Position numbers and translations under genes: made by a program
Notes under the pieces: model-generated
Told to the model about the DNA's origin: nothing
What the model saw: only the letters and a program-made list of their open reading frames with translations
The model's database searches: none
From: a virus
Taxonomy: Duplodnaviria > Caudoviricetes
Length of the DNA: 29,102 nucleotides
Reading direction: 5' to 3' (one strand)
IMG/VR virus record: IMGVR_UViG_3300033067_002086
Location: 1-29,102 of that record
Shown: positions 26,767-29,102 of the stretch, one piece after another
Layout: each line of letters opens with the position of its first letter
How positions within the stretch are numbered: the stretch's first letter is position 1

Positions 26767-27213
26767 ATGAAAACAGATAACACCCTTTTCGAAACAGTCT
26801 TCACCCTCAATGGACGCAAGTACAACGTTGAAGTTCGCTGCAATGATTACCGTGAACTGAACAAGCGCAATCGAGCCTTCGTCTGGCTCCACGACGAAGA
26901 CAGCGCCACCGGCGAAAAGCACCTCGACTTCGTTGCTGAAGCCATCTACGGACTGGATACGAAGTACAGCAAGAAGGGTGACTACCCCCTCCTCGATAAA
27001 GCGTGGAAGCGCTACAATCGCGCTGAGGTTGAGGCCGAACGCCAAGTTTTAGACGCAGCCCTTCTCGCCATCGCAGAGGACTTCGCTCACATCACCAATG
27101 ATGAATGGAAATTTTCACGACACGCTGGATGCTCATGCCCTTGCTCTCCTGGCTTCGTAGCAGAGTCCACCTACACCAAAACGATTTACGTCAACCCGGT
27201 CAAGGAGTCATAA
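26767..27213 (+). CDS. hypothetical phage protein with an AGCSCPCSPGF motif
   Basis: AAGGA RBS, 148 aa, first gene after P2. Confidence 0.85.
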   Translation: MKTDNTLFETVFTLNGRKYNVEVRCNDYRELNKRNRAFVWLHDEDSATGEKHLDFVAEAIYGLDTKYSKKGDYPLLDKAWKRYNRAEVEAERQVLDAALLAIAEDFAHITNDEWKFSRHAGCSCPCSPGFVAESTYTKTIYVNPVKES

Positions 27214-27500
27214 TGATAAAGGTCAAAGGCCCCTTCCGCTTCACATTTCGTGGCACCAAGTTCTACGTATCGATGTACCGCACTGGAACCTACAACACGA
27301 CACAAGTGTCAATCTTCAAGAACGGAAGGCTTGACCGCCGCTATCGAAGTGAACTCACGGCCCTCGCCTTCTCCTTCCTTTCCGACCCATCACTCGATGA
27401 CGTCTCGTTTCACTGGTTCGAACATCGGCGCGCCGTCCTCTGCAACACAGACCACGAGAATTACTTCATCGCAATTTGTGAGGAGGACGAAAATGTTTGA
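27213..27500 (+). CDS. hypothetical protein
   Basis: AAGGAG RBS, TAATG coupling, starts MIKVK. Confidence 0.75.
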   Translation: MIKVKGPFRFTFRGTKFYVSMYRTGTYNTTQVSIFKNGRLDRRYRSELTALAFSFLSDPSLDDVSFHWFEHRRAVLCNTDHENYFIAICEEDENV

Positions 27501-27723
27501 CATCTCTTCCTACCGGACTCGAACGCTGAGGTCCATCCGCAAAAATGCCCGCTGCACCGCGTGGCGAAATGAAAAGACCAACGCGCTGGTGCAGGACCTA
27601 ATGGTTCGCGACGGCCTTGTCTACTTGAAGCGCGGCAAATTCTACCTGACGGACAGTGGCAAAAATTACCTGCGGCAAGTCAAAATGCAGGAGAAAGGAG
27701 TTATCACCAATGCCAACGATTGA
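27493..27723 (+). CDS. small basic protein, winged-helix-like
   Basis: AGGAGG RBS; L..DGLV......FYLTDSGKNYL wing signature. Confidence 0.7.
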   Translation: MFDISSYRTRTLRSIRKNARCTAWRNEKTNALVQDLMVRDGLVYLKRGKFYLTDSGKNYLRQVKMQEKGVITNAND

Positions 27724-27979
27724 GTATGAAGTAACGCATGCTGATTGGGAGGCCAGCCGCTCAATGCGCCTTGAAACAGCAAAGAGCTTGAATTATTCTC
27801 AAGCAGCAAAAGACGAAGATGAGTGCATCAACCACTTCTTCTTGACCCATCCCGACGCAGTGCTGCTCGTCAGCGAAAACGGCAAGGAGCGCACCATCCG
27901 CTTCAAGACCGAGTGGTCAGCAACGAAGTTCCGCATCTGCACTGTGAACTTCCTCCTGGCCAGCTTCATCGTCCACTAA
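27710..27979 (+). CDS. hypothetical protein
   Basis: AAGGAG RBS before MPTIEY. Confidence 0.75.
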   Translation: MPTIEYEVTHADWEASRSMRLETAKSLNYSQAAKDEDECINHFFLTHPDAVLLVSENGKERTIRFKTEWSATKFRICTVNFLLASFIVH

Positions 27980-27982
27980 AAT

Positions 27983-28010
27983 GGTGGGGCCCGACACAAA
28001 GGGCCCCATC
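27983..28010. terminator. intergenic hairpin
   Basis: GGTGGGGCCC-N8-GGGCCCCATC; no + strand U tract. Confidence 0.5.
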
Positions 28011-28027
28011 ACAACTCAAGGAGATTT

Positions 28028-28525
28028 ATGTCAGCTACAAAGAAATCACTATTGTTTACCGTTCTGTTTGGCTCCATCAGCGGCCCGCTCATGCGCCCCT
28101 TGTGGGGCTTGGGTCAAGGTGGATGGTGGAACGAATTGCTGTTCATCATTGGAGCACTGTTCGGTGGTGCAGCAGTCTTTTGCTCCATCTGCTTCACCAT
28201 CCTGGTTTTGAGTGGATACGAACACAGCGCTGAGCGCGCCCGCGTTCGTGAACTCAACCGACACGCAGGACAGTGGAACGCCCTACTCAGTGAGCAAATG
28301 GGCCTCTATTCGCGAACAAAGGGCGTGCACACCCCTGAAACAGACGCCGAGTGGAGGGCAATGAACCATAAACTTAGGAAAGAAGAGAGCCGCCACAAGC
28401 AAGTGAACGGCCCAATCATGGCGAAGCACGCCCGCCTTGAGCTCTTGCGCTTCCTTATCTTCGTCGCCCTGTTTTCAGCGTTGTGCATTGCCGTTGCCAT
28501 CCTCTCGTTTTGGGTACCATCATGA
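28028..28525 (+). CDS. membrane protein, 2-3 TM
   Basis: AAGGAG RBS; hydrophobic segments flank a soluble helical loop. Confidence 0.75.
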   Translation: MSATKKSLLFTVLFGSISGPLMRPLWGLGQGGWWNELLFIIGALFGGAAVFCSICFTILVLSGYEHSAERARVRELNRHAGQWNALLSEQMGLYSRTKGVHTPETDAEWRAMNHKLRKEESRHKQVNGPIMAKHARLELLRFLIFVALFSALCIAVAILSFWVPS

Positions 28526-28731
28526 CGCTGAACCTACCATTTGACAAAAAGTGGGTGTCGCGCGTTGAGGCCCGCTATAAGGCAGTGAAAGTTGTGCTGA
28601 AGCCAACGGCCAATGAGTGGGAGTTCGAGTTCACACTTGATAACTCAACATTCTTTGGCACCGGCAAAACGTATGAAGAGGCGATGCGTAAAGCCGAGCG
28701 CCAAATTGATGAGTTGATGCCACCGTCATAA
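28522..28731 (+). CDS. small protein, HicB-like or dsRBD-like
   Basis: ATGA overlap; beta-strands then GTGKTYEEAMRKAERQI. Confidence 0.6.
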   Translation: MTLNLPFDKKWVSRVEARYKAVKVVLKPTANEWEFEFTLDNSTFFGTGKTYEEAMRKAERQIDELMPPS

Positions 28732-28779
28732 CAAAGTGGAGTTATATGACTACAACTTGTAGTCAAACAGCACAGAACG

Positions 28780-28806
28780 AAGCCGCCAGCACCCGCTGGC
28801 GGTTTT
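28780..28806 (+). terminator. intrinsic terminator
   Basis: GCCGCCAGC-ACCC-GCTGGCGGT followed by TTT. Confidence 0.65.
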
Positions 28807-29102
28807 CGCGCGCTAGCAACGGCTGCGGGTCCCGGACAGTCCCAGCTGGCGGGGCGGCCAAGCCGGGACCCGGTGCTTCGTTACCCGTGACAGCCACGCC
28901 AGCCGGGGCAGCCCGCGATACGTAGTACCGCGGTACTATGTACGGCCGCGCGCAGCGGCGTTACAATGGCACCGTGCGCGCAGCACCGCGCCCCTGTTGA
29001 GGCCAACCTCAACGCAACGCCGAGCGTTGAGGCCCACGGCCTGCAGCCTCAGCGCAGTGGGTTGCATAGACAACTTCGAGGCCGCAGCGCCCCGAGCCCG
29101 AG
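28807..29102. repeat. second GC-rich non-coding island, truncated by the window end
   Basis: 28821-55 resembles 26025-60; TAGTAC-CGCG-GTACTA at 28923; GTTGCATAGACAAC at 29061; GTTGAGG/CCTCAAC IRs at 28996-29032. Confidence 0.8.
28923..28967 (+). promoter_or_regulatory. candidate promoter P3 with the same layout as P1 and P2
   Basis: Box, then ATGTAC-18-TACAAT preceded by CGT. Confidence 0.5.

Noticed and set aside
28746-28925. 59-codon ORF after a GGAG
   Set aside because: Runs through a terminator hairpin and the GC-rich island; low-complexity product

Overview
The window is part of a tailed dsDNA phage genome with a siphovirus-type morphogenesis module; no host genes, integrase or tail sheath are recognisable. 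1-391 holds three back-to-back structured non-coding elements. 439-3340 (+) encodes hypothetical proteins, an NDP-sugar epimerase and a dCMP deaminase. A terminator-like hairpin separates these from a convergent 19-kb minus-strand late operon (22494->3448): holin-like genes, TerS, TerL, portal, scaffold, decoration, capsid, connectors, tail tube, a -1 frameshifted chaperone, tape measure, tail tip and fibre. 22602-28731 (+) carries many small early-type genes behind conserved promoters. The most unusual features are two non-coding islands (25842-26710 and 28745-29102). They consist of GC-rich nested hairpins plus a fixed-geometry array of different palindromic boxes: 7 TAGTAC-N4-GTACTA-type boxes window-wide, all matching the cyanobacterial-type LexA consensus, 6 GTTGTATANACAAC-type boxes resembling GntR/HutC-type operators, and 10-bp-phased TGCA triplets. 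Protein calls rest on motifs and gene order only; no database search was run.
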